DNA of 62,298 nucleotides from positions 1-62,298 of the forward strand of contig JAURVS010000314.1 in NCBI GenBank assembly GCA_030655355.1, given 5' to 3'. The notes under the pieces were generated by a model. The model searched no databases. It was not told where the DNA came from and saw nothing but the letters and a program-made list of their open reading frames with translations. The translations under genes and the position numbers were made by a program. This stretch comes from Sphingopyxis sp. GTDB taxonomy: Bacteria; Pseudomonadota; Alphaproteobacteria; Sphingomonadales; Sphingomonadaceae. Below are positions 47,390-56,719 of this stretch, piece after piece (the first letter of the stretch is position 1; every line of letters starts with the position of its first letter).

Positions 47390-48622
47390 TCAGGCGATCG
47401 CCTTCTTGTTCTTCAGATCCTCGATGCGATCCCATTCGAGCCCGAGTTCCATCAGGAACAATTCGGTATGCTCGGACGCCTCGGGCGCGCGCGTATTTTC
47501 GACGCCGACGCGGTCGAACTGGACCGGATTAGCGACGAGGCGGATGGGTGCACCACCGTCGGCGCTTTCGACCTCGAAGATCAGATCATTCGCCAGCACT
47601 TGCTCGTCGCTCGCGACGTCGTGCACCGATTGATAAGCGGCCCATTGGCCCTTCATCGTCTTGAGATGCTGGACCCAATAGGAATAGGGCTGCCCCGCGA
47701 TCGCTTCCTTGACCAGCGGATAGGCTTGTGTGGCATTTGCCATGATCGCCTCGGCCGTCGAGAAACGCTCGTCTTTCGCCGCGTCGGCGATGCCGAGATG
47801 CCCGAACACATCCTCGATATAGGGGCCGGGCGACAAGACGGTCAGGTTGATGAACTTGCCGTCGGAGGTCTTGAAGACACCCATGAAGGGATTGGTGCCG
47901 ACGGCCTGGTTGCCACCGGGCATCTGGTTTTCGAACGGATCTGCGTCCAGTTCCATCGCGACGTCGACCGAACAGGCGGTTGCCCAGATGCCGGACGAGA
48001 GCAGCGACACATCGACCTCGGTCGCCTCGCCGGTGCGCTCGCGGTGAAACAGCGCTGCGGCGATCCCGCCTGCAATGTTCATCCCGCCGATCGTGTCGCC
48101 ATAGGCCGGACCCGGCTGCGTCAGCGGTCCGTCGAGCGCCTTTGGCGTGACCAATATGGCCGAGCCGCCGCGCGCCCAATAGGCGGTTGAATCGAACCCG
48201 CCCTTGTCGCGTTCGGGGCCTTTGTCGCCGAACGCCGATCCGCGGGCATAGATGATGTTCGGGTTCGCGGCGCGAATATGCTCGATGTCGATCTTCAGCT
48301 TCTGCCGCTGACTGGGCAGGTAATTGGTCAGGAAAACGTCGCATGTCGCGGCAATCTCATAGAGGAGCTGCTGCCCTTCCTCGGTCGAGATATCGATGCC
48401 GACGCTGCGCTTGCCGCGATTGGGATGCTGCATCAGCGACGAGCGTTGCGGATTAACGGCAAGCCGTTGCAGCATCTGGATGCCGCGCTGGGCATCGCCG
48501 CGCACCGGATGCTCGATCTTGATCACATCGGCGCCCCAGTCGGTCATCACGCCGCCCGCCGCGGGGACGAAGGTGAATTGCGCGACCTCGAGGACGCGGA
48601 TGCCGGACATCACTTTGGTCAT
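47390..48622 (-). CDS. family III CoA-transferase
   Basis: GIRVLEVAQ, DWGADVIKIE, NRGKRS, GGFD. Confidence 0.93.
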   Translation of the reverse strand: MTKVMSGIRVLEVAQFTFVPAAGGVMTDWGADVIKIEHPVRGDAQRGIQMLQRLAVNPQRSSLMQHPNRGKRSVGIDISTEEGQQLLYEIAATCDVFLTNYLPSQRQKLKIDIEHIRAANPNIIYARGSAFGDKGPERDKGGFDSTAYWARGGSAILVTPKALDGPLTQPGPAYGDTIGGMNIAGGIAAALFHRERTGEATEVDVSLLSSGIWATACSVDVAMELDADPFENQMPGGNQAVGTNPFMGVFKTSDGKFINLTVLSPGPYIEDVFGHLGIADAAKDERFSTAEAIMANATQAYPLVKEAIAGQPYSYWVQHLKTMKGQWAAYQSVHDVASDEQVLANDLIFEVESADGGAPIRLVANPVQFDRVGVENTRAPEASEHTELFLMELGLEWDRIEDLKNKKAIA

Positions 48623-48633
48623 GGCTTATCCCC

Positions 48634-50109
48634 TTATTCGGCGTGGAAGCCGATGACTTTCTGGTACGTGAATTCGTTGAGCCCATCCTCGCCATATTCG
48701 CGGCCATAGCCCGAGCGCTTGATGCCGCCGAAGGGCGCATCGGACTGCATCGTCCCGGCACCGCCGTTGATCGACACGCCCCCGGTGCGCAGCTTGAGCG
48801 CCATGCGATAGGCTTGCCCCGCATCGGCCGAATAGACCGCGCCCGATAGGCCGAAATCGCTATGATTGGCCATTGCGATCGCTTCGTCGTCGTCGTCGAA
48901 GCCGATCACCGCACCGATCGGCCCGAACACCTCCTCCTGTGCGAGGCGGCTGTCGTTCTTCACATTGTCGAACAACGTCGGCTCATAATAGAAGCCCTTG
49001 TCGAATCCTTCGGGGCGCTTGCCCCCAGCGACCAGCGTCGCCCCTTCGTCCTGCGCGATCGCGACATAATCCTCGGTGCGCTTGCGCGCGACTTCGCGGA
49101 TCAACGGGCCATAGCTAACGGTCGGGTCGGCGGGGTTGCCGATCTTCACATGCGCGAGCATCGCCTGCATCGCCGCGACGAATTGCGGGCGAATGCTGTT
49201 GTGAACGAGATGCCTTGTCGTGAGCGCACAGCCTTGGCCGCCGTGGGTGGTAAAGCCCATGATGCCCGCAGCCGCAGCCTTCTGGATATCGGCGTCGGCG
49301 CGCACGATCAGCGCCGACTTGCCGCCAAGCTCCATCACGATGCGTTTCAATGTCGGCGCAGCCTGCGCCTGGATCATCGCGCCGACCTTGTCCGACCCCG
49401 TGAAATGCACCAGATCGACGCGCGGGTCGGTCGTTAGCAATTTTCCGGTCTCGATATCGCCGGTAACGATGCTCAGCACGCCCTTGGGTAGTCCGACCTC
49501 ATCGGCGATCTCGCCAAGGACAAGCGCTTCCATCGGTGTGTAGGGCGATGGCTTCAGGACGACAGTACAGCCGACCGCGAGCGCAGGGATGACTTTGCCG
49601 ATATTGAGGAAGAAGGGGAAATTATACGGCGAGATCGCAGCGACGACGCCGACCGGCTCACGGCTGACGACTCCCGTGCCAAGCGTCGTGGTGCCCTGCA
49701 TATTGGGGGTCAGTTCGATCGGAAGCGACGAAACTGCGGGTCGCGATGCGACCTCGACGGTGCGGCGCGCATGCTTCATCGGGATGCCATATTGCAGGAA
49801 TTCGGCGAGCATTCGCGTTGCCCCTGCCTCGGCGACGATCATGTCGACGATCGCGCTCTTGCGCGCATCGAGCGCGTTCAGGAAACGCGTCAATATCGCC
49901 TGCCGTTCGGCCACCGGCATATACGCCCAGTCGCCCTGATCGAATGCCGTGCGCGCCGCGCCGATGGCGGCGTCGACTTGCGCTGCGCTGCCGACGGGGG
50001 CTTCGATCAACAGGCTTTCGTCGGCGGGGTTGATCACCGCCTCGCGCTGGTCGGTCTTCTGCCACTCGCCGCCCACGTAAATGGCGTCGTCATATTTCAA
50101 GAAAGCCAT
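48634..50109 (-). CDS. aldehyde dehydrogenase
   Basis: PYNFP, KPS, FTGS, MELGGKS, GQGC, EEVFGP, PFGG. Confidence 0.95.
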   Translation of the reverse strand: MAFLKYDDAIYVGGEWQKTDQREAVINPADESLLIEAPVGSAAQVDAAIGAARTAFDQGDWAYMPVAERQAILTRFLNALDARKSAIVDMIVAEAGATRMLAEFLQYGIPMKHARRTVEVASRPAVSSLPIELTPNMQGTTTLGTGVVSREPVGVVAAISPYNFPFFLNIGKVIPALAVGCTVVLKPSPYTPMEALVLGEIADEVGLPKGVLSIVTGDIETGKLLTTDPRVDLVHFTGSDKVGAMIQAQAAPTLKRIVMELGGKSALIVRADADIQKAAAAGIMGFTTHGGQGCALTTRHLVHNSIRPQFVAAMQAMLAHVKIGNPADPTVSYGPLIREVARKRTEDYVAIAQDEGATLVAGGKRPEGFDKGFYYEPTLFDNVKNDSRLAQEEVFGPIGAVIGFDDDDEAIAMANHSDFGLSGAVYSADAGQAYRMALKLRTGGVSINGGAGTMQSDAPFGGIKRSGYGREYGEDGLNEFTYQKVIGFHAE

Positions 50110-50122
50110 GGTCTTGTTCCTG

Positions 50123-51397
50123 TCAGGCGGATTTCGTGTCCCAGACGATCGGCAGGTTGCGGATCGACAAAAGGCCGGGGATCACAGTGGTGTCGGTACC
50201 GGGCTTGATCGTGAACGGTGGCACCCGCGTGAGCCATTCGCGAAGCAAAACCCGTAGCTCTCTCCGCGCAAGATGCGCGCCGAGGCAGATATGCACGCCG
50301 CCGATCAGCGTGAAGTGCCGGTTGTTCTTGCGCTCGGGATCGAAATCGCGCGGGCAGGCAAACTGGCTCTCGTCGAAATTGCCCGAGCTGTTGATGCAGG
50401 CGATCCAGTCGCCTTCCTTGAGGTCGACGCCGTGCCAGGTAAAATCCTTCTTGATGCGGCGGCCGCTGTTGACCAGCGGCTGGACGCGAAGGAATTCCTC
50501 CACCGCACTGTTCACAATGTCGGGATTGGCGCGGATGCGGGCTTGCAATTCGGTGTCCAGTGTCATCCGGCGGAACATCTGGCTGATTGTCGAGGCGACG
50601 GTATCGAGTCCGCCAAGCCACAGAAACCATGTCATCCCGATCGTCTCGTCGGGCGTCAGCGGCGCGCCGTCCAACTTGCCATTGGCGATATAGCTCCCCA
50701 GCGTCTCGTCGGGGTTCGCCTGCTTCTCCGCGATGAAACCGCGCAGATAGGCGAGGATACCCTTCACCGCTTCGGCCTTGGCGCCGAGATCGGGATTGTG
50801 CAGGATCGCATATTCCCATTCGAGGAACTGGTCGAACATGCTGAAGGGGAAACCCATCAGGTTCAGGAAGACGCGGACCGGATAGATTCGCCCGAAATCG
50901 TAAGCGATGTCGACTTCGCCGTCGGCGATTACCGCATCGATCATCTCGGTGACGATCGCGCGGATTTTGGGCTCCATGTCGTTCATCGCAACCGGCGTGA
51001 ACCAGGGATTCAGGAACTTGCGATAGCGGCCATGGTCGGGCGGATCGATGCCGAGCGGGATCGAAGGAAAGCTCTCGCCCGCCAAAGCCTGAAACTGCGC
51101 CGCGCCCTCGGTCGAAAAGAGGTCATTATCTTCATACACGCGGCGGATGTCGTCGTAATGCGACACCGTCCACGCACCATGCTGACGCCCGCTGGTCGGC
51201 CAGGGATAATAGAGAATGCGGGGTACGTCGGGCGAGCGCATGACATCTGCGGGCAGATACGGATCAGGCAGGTCGTTCGCCACCTGCCCCTGCGCGAAGC
51301 GCGTATCGAGCACCCGCTCGTCCGGGACATGTGCAGGAACTGGTGGTGCATCCGCCGGCGCGTGGGCGATCGGGCAACGGGACATCGTCTCGCTCAT
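50123..51397 (-). CDS. cytochrome P450 (CYP101-like features)
   Basis: PAHVP N-terminus, GGLDTV, EEFLR, LIGGVHICLG heme loop. Confidence 0.94.
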   Translation of the reverse strand: MSETMSRCPIAHAPADAPPVPAHVPDERVLDTRFAQGQVANDLPDPYLPADVMRSPDVPRILYYPWPTSGRQHGAWTVSHYDDIRRVYEDNDLFSTEGAAQFQALAGESFPSIPLGIDPPDHGRYRKFLNPWFTPVAMNDMEPKIRAIVTEMIDAVIADGEVDIAYDFGRIYPVRVFLNLMGFPFSMFDQFLEWEYAILHNPDLGAKAEAVKGILAYLRGFIAEKQANPDETLGSYIANGKLDGAPLTPDETIGMTWFLWLGGLDTVASTISQMFRRMTLDTELQARIRANPDIVNSAVEEFLRVQPLVNSGRRIKKDFTWHGVDLKEGDWIACINSSGNFDESQFACPRDFDPERKNNRHFTLIGGVHICLGAHLARRELRVLLREWLTRVPPFTIKPGTDTTVIPGLLSIRNLPIVWDTKSA

Positions 51398-51410
51398 GGG
51401 GCCGCTCCGA

Positions 51411-52724
51411 TCAAGCCGACGCGAACATGCGTTCGATGTCGCCCGACGTCACTGGCCGCCGCGCCTGTCCGATTGCGTCCATGCTTTCGGTCTTGAGCCC
51501 GCCCAGATTGTGTCGCGGGCTGACGTCGACGTCTTTGCCCAGTTCGCGCAGATGCGCGACGGTGCAATTCTCGCGCCCGCCGTTGAGCGCAAAGGCGTCG
51601 AAACTATATTCGCGCATCGCATTGAGGTGGGTGATCTTGTCGACGGTTTCCTTCGCCAGACCGTTGACCGAAGCCCACAGATATTCAGGCACATTAGGCC
51701 ACACCGTGTCCGAATGCGGGTATTCGCATTCATAGGCGATCATGTCGGTATTCATATATTCGAGGTTCTTCACCCCGAACTGGTCGTCGATGAAACAGCA
51801 GATGATGTGGCGCTTGAACAGGTCCGACGGGCGCTCGCCCTTGAAATCGGTGTAGGTCCACTCGTGATGATGCTCGTGCGTGAAATCGGCGCGCTCGAGG
51901 AAATACGGAATCCAGCCGATTCCGCCTTCGCTGAGCGCCATACGCAGATCAGGATAACGCTGCCAGAAGGTCGCGAAGGTCCAGTCTGCGGCCGAATTGG
52001 CGATCGAGATCGGCATCGCAGTAATCCACGCGTCGATCGGGCTTTCGGGCGAGGGGTGCATCGCGCGTGCACCGGTGCCGATATGACAGTTGATCACCAT
52101 CTTGTAGTCGGAGCAGGCCTTCCAGAACGGCTCCCAATATTCATTGTGGATGCTCGGCAACCCGATATTCGACGGATTGTCGGAGAAGCTGACGGCATGA
52201 ACGCCGAGGTCGCTCATCCGCTTCAGTTCGGCGAGTGTGTCGTCCATGTTCCACATTGGGATCAGGCACATCGGGATGAAGCGGCCCGGCGCGGCGGCGC
52301 ACCATTCCTGAACGTGCCAATCGTTCCACGCACGGCAGGCCAACAAAGCCTCCTCTGGGTCCTTCTGTGCCATGCCGACGAAAGTGCCGCCGGCAAAGCT
52401 TGGCATGGTCGGGAAGTTGAGCGAAGCGAGCACGCCATTGGCGTTCATATCATCAACGCGAAGCTTCGGATCATAGGTGCCGGGGCGAAGCTGATCGAAG
52501 GAACTGGGCTCCATGCCATATTCGCTCCGCGGCCGACCGACGACAGCGTTCAGGCCGATGGTGGGAAAGCGTTGGCCGTTCCACGACCAGACATCTTTGC
52601 CCTTGTCCTGCACGATGCGCGGGGCGCGATCCTTCTTGCCTTCGGGGTAGTGGCGGATGAAAGCCTCGGGGGGCTCGACCGCATGATCGTCGACGCTGAT
52701 GATCACCATGTCGTCCATCTTCAT
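51411..52724 (-). CDS. amidohydrolase 2 family protein
   Basis: SVDDHAVEPP, WNDW, CHIG, SEGGIGW, ECEYPHSD. Confidence 0.92.
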   Translation of the reverse strand: MKMDDMVIISVDDHAVEPPEAFIRHYPEGKKDRAPRIVQDKGKDVWSWNGQRFPTIGLNAVVGRPRSEYGMEPSSFDQLRPGTYDPKLRVDDMNANGVLASLNFPTMPSFAGGTFVGMAQKDPEEALLACRAWNDWHVQEWCAAAPGRFIPMCLIPMWNMDDTLAELKRMSDLGVHAVSFSDNPSNIGLPSIHNEYWEPFWKACSDYKMVINCHIGTGARAMHPSPESPIDAWITAMPISIANSAADWTFATFWQRYPDLRMALSEGGIGWIPYFLERADFTHEHHHEWTYTDFKGERPSDLFKRHIICCFIDDQFGVKNLEYMNTDMIAYECEYPHSDTVWPNVPEYLWASVNGLAKETVDKITHLNAMREYSFDAFALNGGRENCTVAHLRELGKDVDVSPRHNLGGLKTESMDAIGQARRPVTSGDIERMFASA

Positions 52725-52775
52725 GGCGACTCTCCTCTTCCAGTTGATTTGTTGTTGCCTACATCATCGCAAAAA

Positions 52776-52790
52776 TTGACGATGTGTCAA
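52776..52790. promoter_or_regulatory. second copy of the TetR-type palindrome, TTGACG-ATG-TGTCAA
   Basis: 11/12 arm identity with 42477, and preceded by the same GCAAAAA tract. Confidence 0.65.
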
Positions 52791-52803
52791 CTATTGGTTT
52801 ATG

Positions 52804-52823
52804 ACCTAGTGCAATAAGTGGAG
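52804..52823. promoter_or_regulatory. island operator copy 7, weak (ACCTAG-TGCAATAA-GTGGAG)
   Basis: 13/20, in a divergent intergenic region, overlapping the RBS. Confidence 0.55.
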
Positions 52824-52831
52824 AGGATAAT

Positions 52832-53245
52832 ATGACTGGAGCGCCCGCTCGCATCCTGCCCGTCGTCGATCGCGACAGCGAGGCCTATTGGACTTGGGGA
52901 CGAGAAGGCAAACTCGCGATCCACCGCTGCGCCGATTGCGCATATTATGTGCACCCTCCTGTACCCTTCTGCCCAAGGTGCGAGAGCCGGGATGTCGCGC
53001 CCGAAGCGGTGTTTGGGCGCGGACGCGTCGTCACTTTCACGGTCAATCACAAGGCGTGGGTACCGGGGCTGCCAGTTCCCTACGTGCTCGCGCTCGTTGC
53101 AATCGACGAGCAGGACGATGTCCGCATCCCCTGTAATATCGTAGGTTGCGCGGCTGAAGACGTGAGGTTCGAGATGGCAGTCGAAGTCGTTTTCGAACCG
53201 TCCGGCGATCTGTGGATACCATTCTTCCGGCCGGTGCCGGCATGA
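52832..53245 (+). CDS. DUF35 Zn-ribbon/OB-fold protein
   Basis: CADC...CPRC, GRVVTFTVN, PYVLALV. Confidence 0.92.
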   Translation: MTGAPARILPVVDRDSEAYWTWGREGKLAIHRCADCAYYVHPPVPFCPRCESRDVAPEAVFGRGRVVTFTVNHKAWVPGLPVPYVLALVAIDEQDDVRIPCNIVGCAAEDVRFEMAVEVVFEPSGDLWIPFFRPVPA

Positions 53246-54426
53246 GTCGCTTTCCCGAGAAGGATACCGCGATTACCGGCATCGGCATGTCCGAGGTGTC
53301 GCGCGGGGCTACGCGGTCAGCGCTCGCGCTCACCGTCGACGCGGCGATGGAGGCTATCGCCGACGCGGGTCTGACCCGCGCTGATATCGACGGCATTGCC
53401 ACATGGCCCGGCGAGCGTGCTGACGGGTCCGGTTTTTCGCCGGTCGGCTGCGCGGCGCTGCAGGATGCCTTGCGCCTCGAGGTCGGCTGGTACGGTGGCG
53501 GCGGCGAGGCGCCGGGGCAATATGGCGCGGTGTTCAACGCGATCGGCGCGATCGCTGCGGGCCTCTGCCGTAATGTTCTCATTTTCCGGACGATGTACGA
53601 AGCGACGGCGCGCAAGACCGCCTATGCCAATTCGCTGCTACGCGACGGGCAAAGGCAGGCCGGCCCCTTCAGCTGGTATGCGCCTTATTACACTTACGCC
53701 GCAGCGCTACAGCAAGCGCTGTTCTTCAACCTCTATGTCGATAAGAGCGGCATCACGCCCGAACAGGTTGGCCAGATTGCGGTGAACCAACGCCGCAACG
53801 CTGCGCTCAATCCCAATGCTATTTATAAAACCCCGATCACTCTCGATGATTATCTCGCCTCGCCGCTGATCGCGACTCCGCTGCGGATCTACGATTGCGA
53901 CGTGCCGATCGACGGCGCCGCGGCGATCATCGTCTCCCGCATGGACGTTGCACGCACCCTCAAGAACCCGCCGATCCGGATCGAGGCAATCGGATCGTCG
54001 ATGCGTTACCGCAACAGCTGGACCCAGCTCGACGCGCTCGACACGCAGGCGCAGCCAAAGGTTGCCGAGATGATGTGGGGCCGCACCGATTTGAAACCCG
54101 CCGATGTCGACATCGCGCAGCTCTATGACGGTTTCAGCTTTCACACGATCAACTGGCTCGAAAATTTCGGCTTTTGCGAGCGCTATGGCGCAAAGGATTT
54201 CATTGAAGGCGGAGCACGGATCGCGCTCGATGGCGACCTGCCCGTTAACACCGGCGGTGGAGCGCTGTCGGCGGGTCGGCTCCACGCTTATGGTGCGGTG
54301 CATGAAGCTTGTACGCAGCTCTGGGGACGCGCGGGCGATCGGCAGGTCAAACGAAGTCCGCGCGTTTGCGCGACCTCGACTTCGGGAGGACCGCTCGCGG
54401 GCACGATGCTTCTTGTCCGCGACTAA
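53242..54426 (+). CDS. thiolase-fold (SCP-x/Ltp-like) protein
   Basis: AITGIGMS, DCDVPIDG, LYDGFS, NTGGGALSAGRLH; paralogue of 45094. Confidence 0.9.
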   Translation: MSRFPEKDTAITGIGMSEVSRGATRSALALTVDAAMEAIADAGLTRADIDGIATWPGERADGSGFSPVGCAALQDALRLEVGWYGGGGEAPGQYGAVFNAIGAIAAGLCRNVLIFRTMYEATARKTAYANSLLRDGQRQAGPFSWYAPYYTYAAALQQALFFNLYVDKSGITPEQVGQIAVNQRRNAALNPNAIYKTPITLDDYLASPLIATPLRIYDCDVPIDGAAAIIVSRMDVARTLKNPPIRIEAIGSSMRYRNSWTQLDALDTQAQPKVAEMMWGRTDLKPADVDIAQLYDGFSFHTINWLENFGFCERYGAKDFIEGGARIALDGDLPVNTGGGALSAGRLHAYGAVHEACTQLWGRAGDRQVKRSPRVCATSTSGGPLAGTMLLVRD

Positions 54427-55757
54427 AGCGGCCAGGCGATCCGGCCGTCGATCAGGGTGAGTTCGACGCTGGCGAGCGCGCCGACATCTTCGGGCCAGTC
54501 GTACAGAATCAGGTCGGCGGGTGCGCCGACGGTCAACTTGGTGCTCGCGTACAGCCCGAGCGCAGTGGTGCGGTCGGTGGCTTCGCTGGCGCCAATCACT
54601 CCGCCATCGCGCGTTCGCCGGTCGATCGCGGCTTGGAGGGCTATCCACGGATTGATATCGCCATATGGCGCATCTGACCCGCCGAGCACCCGCACCCCGC
54701 CGCGCAGCAGCGAGCCGAGTCGGTAGAGGTCGGCGAGTTCCTGCGCGTCCATTTGCGCCAGATAGCGGTCGCCGCGATCATGAATGAAGTTGGGCTGCGT
54801 GACGACAGTCAGCCCCGCGGCGGCGATGTCGCGGATCATGCTTTCGGGGATGACGCCGCCATGCTCGATGCGGTCGCCGGGCCGCGCTCCGCCCGCGTCG
54901 GCGAGCGCTTGCAGATAGAAGACGAGTTCGCCCAGCGTCACACAGTGCGCCGCGACGTTCCGGTGGAGCGCGCGCGCGGCGTTGATGCGCGCTGTAAGGC
55001 TTTCGATCGCGGGCAGGTCGTTTTCATCGAGCAGCAGCTTGACCGGTCCCAGGGCGTAACCGTCGCCGGCAGTCAGGTCCTCGGTCCCCATCAAAACCAG
55101 CCGCTGCGGCATCGCGCCGGTGAGAAGCTCTGCTTCGGCAGTACCATTCGACGCTCCGGCGTCGGTTACGCCGGTGACGCCCCACCGGGCAAGTTGGGTA
55201 CCGAGCGCCGCGAGCGAGGGCGGCGCGCCGCCGATCCGCTCGCGCAGCCACGCATCGCCGCGCCAGATGCGGCCGCTGGGCTGACCTCGGGCATCATACT
55301 CGACGCATGCGGGGTAGGGTGGGCCACCAAGTTTTGCGATCGCCGCGCTGTTGAGAAGCCAATAGGCGCCGGTGCGATCCTGTATCCGGAGCGGATTTCC
55401 CGGCAACCAGTTGTCGAGTTGCTCCCGGTCGGGAAGGTCGGCAAGGCGCTCGCCATAGCCGATCGCGCGAACCCATGCGCCGACGGGGCCAGCGCGCGCG
55501 CGCAGCCGGGCGATGGCAGCATCGGGGCTGGCGCAGTCTGCAAGATCGACCGACTCCATCCGCGCTGCGGTGGCCAGTAGATGGAGATGATGGTCGTGCA
55601 ACCCCGGCCCGACCGAAAGCCCGCGCGCATCATATTCGGGCCCGATGCCGTTCAAATCGGAGCCGATGGCGGCGATCCGTCCTTCGTAGATGCGGATATC
55701 GATCGGTGCTCCTGCGAGCACCGCGTTGCGGATGACAAGGTCCAAGCGCTTGCTCAT
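54423..55757 (-). CDS. amidohydrolase 3 family metal-dependent hydrolase
   Basis: PGLHDHHLH, GVTGVTDA, AAHCV, RIEH, GSDAP, GAPADL. Confidence 0.88.
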   Translation of the reverse strand: MSKRLDLVIRNAVLAGAPIDIRIYEGRIAAIGSDLNGIGPEYDARGLSVGPGLHDHHLHLLATAARMESVDLADCASPDAAIARLRARAGPVGAWVRAIGYGERLADLPDREQLDNWLPGNPLRIQDRTGAYWLLNSAAIAKLGGPPYPACVEYDARGQPSGRIWRGDAWLRERIGGAPPSLAALGTQLARWGVTGVTDAGASNGTAEAELLTGAMPQRLVLMGTEDLTAGDGYALGPVKLLLDENDLPAIESLTARINAARALHRNVAAHCVTLGELVFYLQALADAGGARPGDRIEHGGVIPESMIRDIAAAGLTVVTQPNFIHDRGDRYLAQMDAQELADLYRLGSLLRGGVRVLGGSDAPYGDINPWIALQAAIDRRTRDGGVIGASEATDRTTALGLYASTKLTVGAPADLILYDWPEDVGALASVELTLIDGRIAWPL

Positions 55758-56719
55758 GACAATGTCGCCGCGAAGCTCGCAGACGTGCGGGCCAGCGAAA
55801 CGTCGACCAGTCCGGCCACGCCTTCACCGAGGGCCGAAAGCGCCAGCGTGGCTGCAGTGACGCCCGTAAGCGGGTCGGCAAGGGCGTCTCCCAGAAATTG
55901 TGGCTTATCGTCCTGCCAGCCGACGAGCCCGCCCGCGGCGGCGCAGTCGTCGCCGAAACCGACGCGCATCGCCGCTTCGCCGCGCCAGCCGTGCGCGGTG
56001 ATGGCAATCCATAGCAAGCCGGGATTGATCGCGAACAATCGCTTCTCGTCGAGGCCGAGTTTGGCAAGTGCATGGGGGCGCCCCGATGTGATGAGGACCC
56101 GTGCGTCTGCGACGAGCGCGCGTAATTCAGGGGAATTGAGCGCGATGTTTGCCCGTCTTTTGCGGACGTTCAGCCTTGCATCCAGCCGCGGCGCATGAAC
56201 GGGTGTCGGATCGGGTCTTGACGGGCTCTCGACCTTTATAACCTCCAGTCCCGTCTCAGCGAGGAGCGCGCCGCAATAGGGTCCGGCCCACAGCGCTGAG
56301 AGATCGAGCACGAACCCGTCTTCGCGTCCGCCGACCTGCAATTGCTTGGGGACTAATGGTATCGCTTCGCCCACGCGCGCCACGGGGAGGTGCAAGAGGA
56401 TTGCGGTCTCCACCATTTCGGCGGCCGTCCGACTTGCGGCGCTCGCGGTGATCGCGTCCCACACATCGTCCGCAAAGTCGGCGCCCGTCCATGCGGGCAC
56501 GAGGTCACGGTCGTCTTCGCGTGCGAGCGATACCGCAATCCAATCATCGCGGCATGCGACGAGCCGAGAATGGCGATTTGGCGACCAAAGGCCCGGATCG
56601 CCAAGCGCGAGGTCGTCGTTTCGCGACAGGGCGCGGATCGGGTCGAAGGCGATCCTGTTGCCAGATATCGCGACCAGTCGCTCACCCGCCGCGATTATGG
56701 CCTCCATGAGCGCGGTCAC
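55754..56719 (-). CDS. short family III CoA-transferase-like protein with permuted domain order
   Basis: VLDLSALWAGP...VIKVESP lies mid-protein; ACRDDWIAV lies N-terminal. Confidence 0.82.
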   Translation of the reverse strand: MTALMEAIIAAGERLVAISGNRIAFDPIRALSRNDDLALGDPGLWSPNRHSRLVACRDDWIAVSLAREDDRDLVPAWTGADFADDVWDAITASAASRTAAEMVETAILLHLPVARVGEAIPLVPKQLQVGGREDGFVLDLSALWAGPYCGALLAETGLEVIKVESPSRPDPTPVHAPRLDARLNVRKRRANIALNSPELRALVADARVLITSGRPHALAKLGLDEKRLFAINPGLLWIAITAHGWRGEAAMRVGFGDDCAAAGGLVGWQDDKPQFLGDALADPLTGVTAATLALSALGEGVAGLVDVSLARTSASFAATLS

